Source: Selaginella moellendorffii (taxonomy: Eukaryota > Plantae > Lycopodiophyta). From it: a stretch of 64,000 bases of DNA. The stretch lies in contig NW_003314302.1 in assembly GCF_000143415.4 (NCBI RefSeq), positions 1,057,820 to 1,121,819 on the forward strand, read 5' to 3'. Below, piece after piece: positions 33,874-45,730 of the stretch; position 1 is the first letter of the stretch; each line of letters starts with the position of its first letter. Position numbers and translations under genes: made by a program. The notes under the pieces are model-generated. The model was not told the DNA's origin. It did not search any database and was given only the letters and a program-made list of their open reading frames with translations.

Positions 33874-34499
33874 GGAAGATGGGAGCGTGAATGGTAGAGA
33901 GGAAGGACAGACTAGCTTGAAAGCACGCAGGCCGACGTGATGCAAGAAACAGCAATGTTTGTGCGCCGATTGGAGCTTTCGCTGCTCCAGACGTTGTGAT
34001 AAGCTCCAGGGCTCTTCACCCTTGGATGGCCGCTGGTTTTGGCTGCTGGAAGAGCTTGGTTTCCTCCGGAGGAGCTGCCGCTGGATCAATTCTTTCTTCG
34101 GACGGCATCGCTGCCTCTCCGCTCGATCCTCCTGCCGAATCTTCTCCCTCGCAATCGACTTGGGTCCTGGCCTGCCAAAGACGAGGTGCGCGAAGAAATT
34201 TCAGCAAGATTAGCTGAAAGATCTAAGAGGATGCCGATTACCTAGCAGTGCTCTTGGTATTAATCGCAGGGTTTTTCCAGAGTGATCTGATGACCCTGCT
34301 CGTGAAGCACTCTCCTTGCTCTCCGTGGTTTCCTTGGCCTTTTAAAGGAGTCTTCCAGCTCCTGCGAATCGCCAGCTTTTAACATGATCTACCAAACTTG
34401 TTTGGTAGCGAGTGTCGAAGACCACTGATCGTACTCTAGAAAAAAATAACTTTTTTCTTAAGATGATTTATGTTGATTTATCTCTCTGGCTATAAACTC

Positions 34500-35200
34500 A
34501 ATCACTATCCATTGACTTCGGCCACGTTCCATCCTGGATCATCTGCTCCGAGAGACTCAAAGCGTGGGTTGTTCTGTCACCCTCCCATTGTTCTTTCAGA
34601 GATATCCAAGATTAAAATCAAGACCTCCACCTTCTCTGACACCAGCCCATACACTTGTCCACCGAGTGACCTTTGAAGCACAATCCTCTAAATCTCGCTC
34701 TCCTTTCTCAAGCTTTGGAAAAGAGAAAAGACACTGACTTTTGATCACGGGCTGCCAAAAAACTTGCCCGCCATACGAATAGGCCTGTTGAAAGAAACAA
34801 CAAAACCCGACAGCCAATTTGCCAAACCGTAAGCCTGTGTCAAACACAAGGATGTCGTAACGTGTGCTTTGGGTATGTACTGCTTTTCTGACCACACTAT
34901 AGTTCTGGCGTCTTTTCGGTGACACGCAGTATATCCCTGATCGCCTCCACATACCACACAGCTGTTCAGCTCCATGCAGCTTAAGTGCCCGTTTAGTTCT
35001 GTGCTGAGGATGCGTGAAAGGTCCAGACCGTGTGGAGACACCACCAGCGGAGATATAGACTTCCTGCTTGGCTGGTTGTGTTCCATCCTGACCACCACGC
35101 ACGTTACTGCATCATCGTGGCCATAGAGAACCTGGCGAGGCTTGTCTGAGATGGCGAGTTGTTGGAAGATAGCCGAGTTTCCCATACTCCAGTGACGACA
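34500..35200 (-). pseudogene. Mosaic of BEACH-domain C-terminal WD40 fragment and P-type PPR fragment
   Basis: PRQVLYGHDDAVTCVVV..ELNGHLSCMELNS..CGGDQG; inverted copies at ~39890-40710 and ~55560-56340. Confidence 0.6.
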
Positions 35201-35851
35201 ATGCTGCCCTGAAACAGGAGGAAGTCCTTAGAACTGAGTGATAACTTACTAAATAACTAGAAAGAACAGCTTGGAGTTACCTCTTCTAGAAGTTTTCACA
35301 ACGTATCTCGTTACCTGATGGAATGAAGAGGATTAAAATACCTCTTCTCGCTCCTCGATGAAGTTTCCACAGCGTAGATTTCGTTACCTGCTGGAATTAA
35401 AAATAATTAGAAAGAGAAGAGCTTGGACCCTCTTCGGCAAAGTTTCCACAATGTAGCTTCCTCAGTGAAATTTAAAGTTTTTTATTCCAACGATCTGGAA
35501 CATCAAAGATCCTGAAGATTTTGTCTGCTCCAGAGTGATCATACCGAGCACGTCCATCGCTACAACTCGACTGGCTCACCGATTGTGAGCCTGTGCGCGA
35601 CGCCCGAGGATTGTTTCGAGGTTTTCGATCTACACTGTGGAAACTCTTGTTGAGATAGCACGAGGCTCTTTTAGCCGGCCAAATGAGTTGAAAATACCTA
35701 GACTAGACCAAAGAAATAAGAAAATTTCTGGGAGATTTCTGGAAATTTTCATTCTGACTTTTTTTAATTCCTTTTTTATAAGGTTTGGGATCTTTTATAC
35801 CATATATAGTTTTACCAATATACCATGCTTTTGGGGTAACCCTAAGCTAGT

Positions 35852-36860
35852 ATGGATTCGATTGTGGTGATGTTTGTATTGGCCATGGTTACTGCAGGCG
35901 CACAAAGTAAAATAACAAGATCAGGTATGTTGTTGGCAANNNNNNNNNNNNNNNNNNNNNNNNNNNNNNNNNNNNNNNNNNNNNNNNNNNNNNNNNNNNN
36001 NNNNNNNNNNNNNNNNNNNNNNNNNNNNNNNNNNNNNNNNNNNNNNNNNNNNNNNNNNNNNNNNNNNNNNNNNNNNNNNNNNNNNNNNNNNNNNNNNNNN
36101 NNNNNNNNNNNNNNNNNNNNNNNNNNNNNNNNNNNNNNNNNNNNNNNNNNNNNNNNNNNNNNNNNNNNNNNNNNNNNNNNNNNNNNNNNNNNNNNNNNNN
36201 NNNNNNNNNNNNNNNNNNNNNNNNNNNNNNNNACAGGATGGTGTTTTAGGGTGGTACGAGTTTGCCATGGATTATCTGGATTGGAGGATGATGATGCTAC
36301 CCAGGGTAATCCCATACAAAAACTTTGGCTTCCTATTGTCAGAACACTATCATCAATCCTATTACGATGCCTGTGATGAAAATGGTGATGGGGTTCTTAA
36401 CTGGGAGGAGTTCAAGAACTGCCTGAGCCCAGAGAGGATCAAGGGCAACAGCGGCAGAAAATTGCAGATGTGGTTGTACAACGTGCAAGATGCAAACAAG
36501 GACGGGAGGATTGACTTCAGCGAGTTTAGCCAAGCTTTTGTTTACTACCACAATAACAACTTCTGTACGCATCGAGAGCCTAACGACGAGACTGAAATCT
36601 TCACGAGGTTCATCTCAGTCGATAGAGATCGCGATGGTTTCTTGACTCCAGCTGATGGGTTTGCAGAGATTTTAGCAGCGTACGACGCTCCCCGCGATCC
36701 AAGCTTGTACGAGGCATGTCTCAAAGCAAAAGAGATTGTTCCATTCCCATTTGCAAGCTTGAAGGTGGAAGAGATTCTGGCCACAGACTGGATTGCAAAG
36801 CTGATTCTGTTAGCAAAAGCAGATCGATCTCGGTTTGATGCCCTGTTTATGTGTGGCTAA
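35852..36860 (+). CDS. Calumenin-like EF-hand copy C (spans an N gap; visible parts intact)
   Basis: Signal-peptide exon from 35852 with GTATGT donor; ORF 36267-36860 ending FDALFMCG. Confidence 0.75.
35940..36232. other. Assembly gap (N run)
   Basis: 293 N. Confidence 1.
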
Positions 36861-37309
36861 TAACCACATGAAACTTCAGAACTTCCTAGAAACCTTTTTG
36901 AACGCTCTTAAAATCATGTATAAAATACATCTATATACATACGATTGCACGATGTGATTGGACTTCTCCAAATTTGTTGGTAAGGAATAGAACTGATCTC
37001 CAACTAGGCACAGTGTAACAGTCCGGTTGGCTGATCCGAATCAAGCTCCTGACTAATGCCTGCTATATGAAAATCAACTACTGAAATAAAGAACCCATGT
37101 CCAAGTGCATTCCACAAATAAATCAAAGGTCTCGACTTCTTCCATTGTGTGACCACCTTAGGATGTAAATTCGCTTGCATCTGGAATCTCTAGTTCTATT
37201 GTTTTAAACGAGTGCTGTTTACAAATCTGTTACCCAAGAGGTGATATTTATGTTCGATGGTTATATGCTGTTGGATCTTTTAGAAACAAATATTGTAGAA
37301 AGAGAAGGT

Positions 37310-37700
37310 CCTAATTAACTGAGCTTGATGCTTGGCTTGATAAGCAGTATGACATTCGTGACGAATCAATCTGGCAACGCAAAGACAGAAACAAAGATGG
37401 TGTTTATCTGGATTGGAAGATGATGAGGCAATCCCTTTTAAAAGCTTTAGCTTTCAGATTGTCCCATTTATTACGATGATTGGGCGGATTTCAAGAACTG
37501 CCTGAGCCCAGAGAGGACATGCAGACAAGGACTGGAGGATTGACTTCAGCGCATGAGGCTCCCAGTGATCCAAGCTTGTATACTCAAGGCATGTCTCAAA
37601 GCATTTAGGAGATTGTTCCATTCCCATTGAAGGTAAAAGAGATTCTGGCTACAGACTGGATTGCGAAGTTGATTCTGTTAGCGTTCGCAGTTCGCCAGCC
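37310..37700 (+). pseudogene. Calumenin-like EF-hand copy D (heavily deleted)
   Basis: AWLDKQYDIRD..WQRKDRNKDG..KNCLSPER..EILATDWIAKLILL pieces. Confidence 0.75.
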
Positions 37701-38619
37701 TAATATCTTGTTGATAAACTGAATTTCCATTTTTTCTGCGCAGTTTTGGCTTTCGTTGAATCCAATCAAGAGTTTTGTTTTAGTTTGCAGGCATAGATCA
37801 GAAGGAAAGGAAAAACAAACTAAACATATTGTTCCCAGTCTTTCTCAATTAAAAACTCGCAGCGCTTGACCACGTAGGAACTGTAAAATGCCTAGAAAGA
37901 AACTTTCATCTCTAACAGCGTGTTGATCGAATGTCTTTCTGTGTGTTCGCTCGAGCAAAAGCCTCTTTGACATTCTCCGTCAGCCGGCCTTCGTGGGCAC
38001 GTCCCAGCCTCCACCAAAGCTCCTTCTTCTTTTCAGTCTGACGACGCTGACGCTCTTCGTGCATCTTCACCGTCTCCGAGTTCCTCGCTCTTTGGCTGCC
38101 TGAAAATTCCATTGGAATTCAAAAAGTAGAAGGTATCACACCTGCATTCTTTTCCTCGCGAGTTCGTCCTTATAGAGACTTGAGCTTCGTTTATGCTTGC
38201 TGTTGGACAAGCAACCTTCTTTTGTTCTTCATATATCACCCTTGTCTATCCTCGCTTCCAAAAACTTCAGCTTAATGCTTGAAAATCGGCTCGCCTTTGG
38301 CGACTGGCTTCTCATTCCTATAAAAAAAGAGGAAGGGCTGCGAACCTGGATGTGAACCTGAGCTGGGTTCCATGCGAGATTGGTCCTGCGCCTTCGCCGC
38401 TGCTGTGGTGCTCCCGCCCTAGTCTGCAGTATGCAATCGTCTAGGGAAAAGAAAGAAAGAACACGCTCTTCCTCGCCACGCCTAGCCTAGCAACGTGATT
38501 TCCAGCCACGCTGCTTCTATCCTCTTCGAGCTAGCGCGCCATGCCTTGACTGGCTCTTCCAACCCAGCATGACCTCGGGCAAGCCGAGCACGCCCCCAAA
38601 AGATCAGGCAAAGCCAGAA

Positions 38620-39197
38620 TTAATCAAGATTAACTTCAACGAATTTCCATAATTGGTCAGCTCTTTTTTGACCAACTTCCACTGTAATCGAATTTGGTTT
38701 CTTGATGGACAGACTCAGATAAACGTTTGTGGTTGCCCGTATGAAGTAGTAGCCTCCCGTACCGAGTTCCATAATAAGTCTGAATCATCAAAATATTGTG
38801 TTATAATCACCTGGAATAAAAACATTTTAAAAAATAAAGCTTAAAAAATGATGATAAATACCTCTCCGGGTGACATGTCATGGTGAAGATAAGTTTGAGT
38901 CTCGAAATTCTTGAGAGAATATGCAAATAGCCCACTTGAATCTCGTAACCGGCCCATGGCATATGAAAGCTCCCAAACCTTATAAAAAGGAAATTAAAGA
39001 TAAATTATAGAGAAATATTTTACCTGGTAGTTGTATTATGATTAAGCAACAGTTCCAGTGCCATGATTAACAGAAATAACTTTAGAAGGATTGGTTAATG
39101 AAACAATGTGAACCAATCTTACACCGTCCACAACAACTCAATCCAGTGATTCTACTGATTTTGTAAGTAAGAAGATAAAGAGGAGGTAACACAGCAT
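38620..39197 (-). pseudogene. EUL lectin pseudogene (duplicate of 54174-54782)
   Basis: CGA>TGA stop after SLD in exon 1, plus deletions. Confidence 0.85.
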
Positions 39198-39200
39198 GCT

Positions 39201-39227
39201 AGAGAGAGAGAGAGAGAGAGAGAGAGA
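39201..39227. repeat. (AG)n microsatellite just upstream of the EUL pseudogene ATG
   Basis: About 13 AG units; much shorter in the 54789 copy. Confidence 0.9.
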
Positions 39228-40799
39228 TGGTTAGAACAAATTCTTGGAGAAAGAAAGAGAGAGTAAGAGTACCTGTTGTGGTGTTGAATTCAGAGAAAAG
39301 TTGATGCTGCGTCTCCTCTTTCCCTTGAGCTAAACGGAAGAACCTATAGCCTAGTGTTTTAGAAATGCTTATATTTATACTCCAACATAGACCTTAGTTG
39401 GTAGCCAACAAATGTTTGGTTGTGGCATGTTTAGTTAGTGATGTTTAGTTGGTTTGTTTTGTTCATTCTCACGCTAGAGACTCTCCAACCCAGCACAAAT
39501 TGAAAGAATCTGCACGCTCGCCACCATCACTGAAAGAATTCGTAAACCGATTTCAATGGCGAGGGGTTCGATACTTGACAGGGTTAGGGTTTTAGGATTC
39601 AACGTGAGCTCGGCATGATCATACAAAATCTTCAGTAACTTTGATGTTCCGAAATTTCCGAGGAGAATAGGTATCTTTTCTTTGTAATTATTTTTATCCC
39701 AATCTTGGAAACTTCACTGAAGAGGGAGAAGAGGTAACTTCCGTAACGAGATATACGCCCTATATACGTTGTGGAAACTTCACCGAGGAGGGAGATCCAA
39801 GCTCTTTTCTTTCTAATTATTTTAGTGCCATCAGGTAACGAGATCTATGTTGTGAATACTTTGATCTTGTTTTGGATGAATGGTGGAACAGATCCAAGTA
39901 TGTCGGTGTCTCCGCACGGTCTGGACCTTTCACGCGTCCTTGGTGAATGGCCAAACGGGCACTTAAGCTGCATGGAGCTGAATAGCTGTGGCGAGTTTGT
40001 GGTGTGTGGAGGAGTGCGCAAGCTACTGCGTGTCAACGAAAAGGTGGTCAGACGCCAGAACTATAGTGTGGTAAGAAAAGCTTAACACGTTCTTGTGTTG
40101 ACACAGGCTTTGAACGGTTTGGCCGTCGGTGAGCGACATGAGCTAAGTCCCAATGGTCGCAACTCATCAGGCATTTCGTTGTAGCTAATTCTTGCAGGAA
40201 GAGGTAATTCCATGCTAACTTCACATTTTATTCTTCTGAATGTATTGTTGTTTCTTGTAAGGCCTATTCAGTGGAGCTTACACAAAGAAGATGATTGAAA
40301 CGATGGCGGGTATCAAAAGTCAATGTACATCTCTTTTTTATTTTTCTAGGCCAAAGAGGCAAGGATGGCTCTATTAATCTTTTCAAGGCCTGAGAAAGGA
40401 GAGTGAGATTCAGAGGATTGTGCTTCAAAGGTCACTCTGGTGGACGCTCTTTGCAAGTCGGACCAGCCTCATGAAGCATATGGGCTGGTGTCAGAGATGG
40501 TGAAGAAGGGGTGCTCTCCGCTTTCGCAAGGTGGAGGTCTTGATGCTACTCAAGAACATGTCTCAACGATAATCTTGGATATCTTTCATCAACGATAATC
40601 TTGGATATCTCTGAAAGAAACAATCGCGCACAGGCTGCTCAATGCGCTGGCCAAGGGGGACAAAACAACCAACACTTTTGAGTCTCTCGGAGCAGATGAT
40701 CCATGAGGGCGGGGTTCCATGCGTCCCCCTGGGGAAACTGGTTCCATGCACGAATTGAGGGGAAGGAACCCGGTGTCCCCCCACAAAATTCTCCCGGGT

Positions 40800-41250
40800 A
40801 TAGAACAATCTCTTATGCTTTGAGACATGCCTCGTACAAGCTTGGGGAGACTCGTACAAAATCTCTGCAAGCCCATCAGCTGGAGTCAAGAAACCATCAC
40901 GATCTCTGTCGACTGAGTTGAAGCTTTTGTTTACTACCACTATAACAACTTCTGTACGCATCTAGAGCTTCGATGAGACTGAAATCTTCACGAAGCTTGG
41001 CTAAATTTGCTGGCGATCCTCCCATCCTTGTTTGCATCTTGCACGTTGTACAACCACATTTGTAATTTGCTGCCCTTATCCTCAGTCCACCCAGTTAAGA
41101 ACCCCGTTCACCATTTTCATCACACGCATAGTATTAGGATCGATGATAATGTTTTGGCAATTGGAAAAACTGGGTATTGCCCTGGGTAGCATTATCATTT
41201 TCCAATTCAAATAATCCATGTCCATCTTTGTTTCTGTCTTTGCGTTGCCA
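40800..41250 (-). pseudogene. Calumenin-like EF-hand copy E (fragmented, inversion at ~40921-40990)
   Basis: Minus-strand EF-hand pieces with a plus-oriented AFVYYHYNNFCTH segment. Confidence 0.75.
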
Positions 41251-41795
41251 GGTGATACAAAGTCAGGTACTCAATAAATGTGAGATGCCATATTGATGGA
41301 ATCTCATGAGGGATATTTTATGTAGACCAATGGTTAAATGCCACGTCGCATGTGAGTTGGCTTTATTTATTTAAAACTTATTATAATTTACATGTGAGCT
41401 TGAAAAAATTACTGTTTTTTCATTCATATACCAGACCGAGGTCACATAAACTGCTTGTTAATGATTGCGCAAGCGTCTTGTTTCTTCCTCCCGATCTCTT
41501 CATCACAGGCATCGTAGGAATTCGTTGCGAGAACTGACACGCGGCGTCATTTGCTTGGCCTTGTCCGACGTGTATTATCTGCCTTTTTTACAGGTATGTT
41601 TTAGGGCTACTGGCTGGGAATCCAATGGTACGCAGCTCGAATTCGTCACAGCCTGGATGAGGCGCTTGATTCCGGGTAGCTTGAGAGGTATGTGGAGCCT
41701 CTTGGCTTGAGTGAGTTTTTCTTCGGCGAAACTTTCTTTGGGACGTTTGTAGAGCACTAGAACAGGAAATGCAAGGGGAGTGTTGGGTTGATTTT

Positions 41796-41977
41796 ATGGC
41801 TGTGAGCGTGACCGTGGTTTTTTGGAATTCGTTCTTCCAACAAGTTCCCATCTAGAAGTTCATGTACGACCAGTCCAGTAACAGGGATTCCTGCGTCTCT
41901 ATTTGGTGGGTCACTGGAAGGCAAAGATGCTTTTTCTCTTGGAAGGAAGAAGAAGAGCTTGAGGCTTCCAAGGCAAA
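41796..41977 (+). pseudogene. Truncated duplicate of the ESV1 5' end
   Basis: ATGGCTGTGAGCGTGACCGTGG..AGGCTTCCAAGGCA matches 57486-57663, with an early frameshift. Confidence 0.85.
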
Positions 41978-42792
41978 CTTGCTCATCCATCTCGCAGGCA
42001 AGGTGGTGGTAGAGAGAAGCTACAGTGTGAAAACGTTTCACCATAAATATGTGTGCATAGTGACTTTACTTCTGTGACTGGTTCTAACACATGTCCTTAC
42101 ACTTTGATCTCACTGTAATTAACGAAATATTCAGCAAATTTGCAAAAGAAAAGTTTAATACCTTCAATGCATCTGCTCCTGATCCAGCACCATTTTGTTA
42201 GTGCACATGCCATTAGGCTTTCAAAATAATTTGGTTACAGAAAGAAATATAAAGAAGACATCTGTGAGTGAAGGAAAGTAACTCGGCCTCATCTCCAAGC
42301 AGACACATGACTGAGACACAAGGAGAGTTCCCTAGTGACTATGACTGGGACACAAGGAAGACTGAGAAATCAGAATCTCCATAGCTTCTCTCCACCACCT
42401 CGTAGATAACAAATCTGCAAATCTGCACCAACTCTTTCACTGCATCAAGAACAGGGAAATCTTCTGCTCATGCACCGCAAGCAAGCAGAGCAGCGGAGTA
42501 CATGGTGTAACAGCTGTCACCACGCCCTCTTCCCTCCCCAACCACACATGCATGCCACCCATTGGCCGCCACAACATTGAGCTGATATTCCCACAAACCA
42601 TGGCTATTAGCCCTGGCCCTAGCCTCGAGAACCATGGCTTCTGTTGCTGCCGCGGGCCCGGGATTGGACGGCCGCAGGGTCTGGGCCCTTCATTCTTATA
42701 TATATAGATAGATGGTCTACAAACAAACTGTTGATTGAATTCAATGACAGCCAAAATTAGGAAATGGAAATTCAAGGTTTATGAACAAGATA

Positions 42793-43733
42793 TTAGCCAC
42801 ACATAAACAGGGCATCAAACCGAGATCGATCTGCTTTTGCTAGCAGAATCAGCTTTGCAATCCAGTCTGTAGCCAGAATCTCTTCCACCTTCAAGCTTGC
42901 CAATGGGAATGGAACAATCTCTTTTGCTTTGAGACATGCCTCGTACAAGCTTGGATCGCGGGGAGCCTCGTATGCTGCTAAAATCTCTGCAAGCCCATCA
43001 GCTGGAGTCAAGAAACCATCATGATCTCTGTCGATTGAGTTGAACCTCATGAAGATTTCAGTCTCATTGTTAGGCTCTCGATGTGTACAAAAGTTGTTAT
43101 GGTGGTAGTAAACAAAAGCTTGGCTAAACTCGCTGAAGTCGATCCTCCCATCTTTGTTTGCATCTTGCACGTTGTACAACCACATTTGCAATTTGCTGCC
43201 ACTTTTGTCCTTGATCCTCTCTGGGCTCAGGCAGTTCTTGAACTCCACCCAATTAAGAACCCCATCACCATTTTCATCACAAGCGTCATAATAAGATCGA
43301 TGATAGTGTTCTGGTAATGGGAAAAGCTGAAATTCAAAGTTTTTGTATGGGATTGCCCTGGGTAGCATCATCATCTTCCAATCCAAATAATCCATGGCAT
43401 ACTCGTACCAACCTAAAACACCATCCTTATTTCTGTCTTTACGTTGCCAGATGAATTGGTCGCGGATGTCATGCTGCTTATCAAACCATGCATCAGCCTC
43501 TTCCCTAGTAATATTGCCATCTCTATTTACGTCCATCTCATCAAGGTATTTTTGAGCAGTCATCCTTTCGAGCTCAGTCGGTGGAATATGTAAATTACGA
43601 TAACAAGGACCTTAATTTGTTTTTAATACATGCAAAGAATTGAAGTTCCCATCAACATACCTGATCTTGTTATTTTACTATGTGCACCTTGAGTAACCAT
43701 GGCCAACACAAATATCACCACAATTAAATCCAT
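42793..43733 (-). CDS. Calumenin-like EF-hand copy F (apparently intact)
   Basis: Exon 1 43733-43661, 50-bp intron with AAG acceptor, exon 2 43610-42793 in frame (GPCYRNLHIPPTELERMTAQKY..FDALFMCG). Confidence 0.8.
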
Positions 43734-43809
43734 ACTAGCTTAGGGTTACTCGAAAAGCATATATGGTAACTTGTTAACAACGTATGGGAATTAGTTGATT
43801 TATTGTTGA

Positions 43810-44120
43810 GTGCCATGCCCGCATGGCAATCAGCGCCCCAGCGTGGTGGAATCCACCGCCTGGCAGCGAGAAGGATCGTCCAGGAGTAGACATTGCGATC
43901 GATAATCCTGGTGAAGGCAGCGCGGGCGTCTTGGATGCTGCCACAGTCGCCATAGGAGATTGCCCAGGTAGGTCTGGCGATCGAAGCCATAGTTGGCGAG
44001 ATGCCCGTGCAGGTCCCTAGCATCTTTGAGAGACTTGAGGCTCCCACACTCGCGGATCCGTGAGGCATATGCCTCGATCGTATACATTCTCAAGCTCTTT
44101 CTAACCTGAAGTTTATTCCA
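43810..44120 (-). pseudogene. Second 5' fragment duplicate of the PPR gene
   Basis: NKLQVRKSLRMYTIEAYASRIRECGSLKSL..; frameshifted. Confidence 0.88.
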
Positions 44121-44129
44121 TATGCTTGT

Positions 44130-44742
44130 TAAGGACCTCCAGATCATATATAATCATATGTGCGTAGCCACATTCTCCAGCTCTTTCTAACCTGAAGTTT
44201 ATTCCATAAGCTTGTTAAGATCATATACAATCATATGATCTCGCTACATTGTGTAGCCAAAGATCCCCATAATTGCATCGCCCTCTTCGTTGTTCTTGAT
44301 TTCTAAGGATGCCACTGTGATGAAGTTTAGTTGTTAACCTGGTTTAAGAAGAAAAAAAGAAACAGTTTCAAAGCAATAAAAATGAATGGTCTTTTGAACT
44401 TACAGTAAAATCGCCACCCTCGAAGTGAAACGTGATTGGGTTGAATCGTGGCCGGGGTGTATATGCCGTTGCCCATCTGGGGTGTAGCACGTACCTCTAC
44501 GCCCGTTTTCACATAGCCTAACTCCGTCTCAAAGTACTTATTGATTTCTTGGATGATTGGCTGGTAAAGCTGATTGATCAGAAATGTAGTTTTCCTACCC
44601 ATGTCAAAAACCACATAATTTGATTTTCTGTAGGTTGGTGGTCTAAAGTTCTTCCTGTAGAAAGCAACTGGATCATATACTGTTTATCTGGTCTTACTCG
44701 CATTTGGTTATAACTCCATCCCTAGAACCAAACATAAGGTAC
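44130..44742 (-). pseudogene. Aspartic protease C-terminal fragment
   Basis: VVFDMGRKTTFLINQLYQPIIQEINKYFETELG matches the intact gene; DSG motif lost. Confidence 0.85.
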
Positions 44743-44744
44743 AG

Positions 44745-45660
44745 TTCACACTCCAAGCGTTTGTGAATAAAATCAGCAATCTGATCCTCCCATATATGCT
44801 TTGTCCTGGTGTAATATCTCTGATTTCTGAAAGAGCAATAGCAGACTGATTATCTGGAAGAATTACCGTAGGTTCCTGCACTCAACCAGATTTTCCTGTA
44901 GCGCCCCTCTTTTTGCAAAAAACTAATCCAATTTACAAAAAACAACCACTCCATTTCGTGCAACTTCACCCTGGACCTGGCCAAACTGGTTTGGCAGAAA
45001 GTAGTTCGCATGAGAACCGGTTCAGCCAAATCTGATTCTCGACCAATGTGAGTTTCACGCATCGGTTCACGATTAGCATCTTGACCACTGCGAAAAGTCC
45101 TGTCAGGACGTCCTCCATGTTGCTGTGGGGTAGAAGTTACTCTACCACTATAGGAGGTACGTCCTCCTCGCAGCCTCCACTGTCATGTCTGGCCTCCCAC
45201 AGCCTCCACGGGTAGAGCTCATCTCTAACCTTTTTGCAAACATGGCGTGGTGTACCTCATAAGTTGAGTCTTCCTCATGAGCTTCATTGCTGCCTCGTCA
45301 AACGAGGAGGTCCACCTCTCTCTCTCTCTCTAACGTTTCACTGTTTGCATCGAGTTAGAACATTGTATTCCTTGCCTTGAGCTGAGATCTACAAAAAACA
45401 TACTCAAAGAGTCCACATGCTATTGCATATCCCCACCATGTTCAACATGCAAGCGTCCAAAACTGAATGAAGCTTCATCACTTCCAAATCAGACTTTTTG
45501 CCATATACATGTCATTCAGCCATTTCCAGAGATGGTTTGCTCCTTGCTCCATGTCTGACTTGAGTAAGATCCCATGGCTAAGGCACTCCACTGTCTGTTC
45601 AGACATGCCTCAATAAGTTTCTTCCACATTGAGAAATCCTAGGGCTTGGTCCAAAAGGTA
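44745..45660 (-). mobile_element. Collapsed copia remnant, inverted duplicate of 22740-23710
   Basis: Reverse-complement match to 22740-23710. Confidence 0.75.
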
Positions 45661-45730
45661 AAAGATATTCACTAAAGATAAACCATATATGGTTTTACCG
45701 GATATATTTTTGGAGTAGCCCTAAGCTAGT

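Larger units (their letters stand above)
36840..41977 (+). repeat. Segmental duplication, direct copy of ~52190-57663
   Basis: Colinear EF-hand tail, deleted EF-hand, EUL, short-repeat array, BEACH/PPR fragments and ESV1 5' end. Confidence 0.9.

Noticed and set aside
32767-34089. 440-aa ORF as the aspartic protease CDS
   Set aside because: It starts at a non-ATG codon upstream of the hydrophobic leader and runs into an intron; the spliced model 33873-32580 fits better.
35840-35855. CTAG|T just before EF-hand ATGs as a Helitron 3' end
   Set aside because: No GC-rich subterminal hairpin; simply conserved 5' UTR among paralogs.
35842-36376. ORFs spanning the N run
   Set aside because: Artefacts of translating the assembly gap.
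41978-42780. Unique segment with a GC-rich patch between the duplicated units
   Set aside because: No recognisable ORF, termini or repeat partner in the window.
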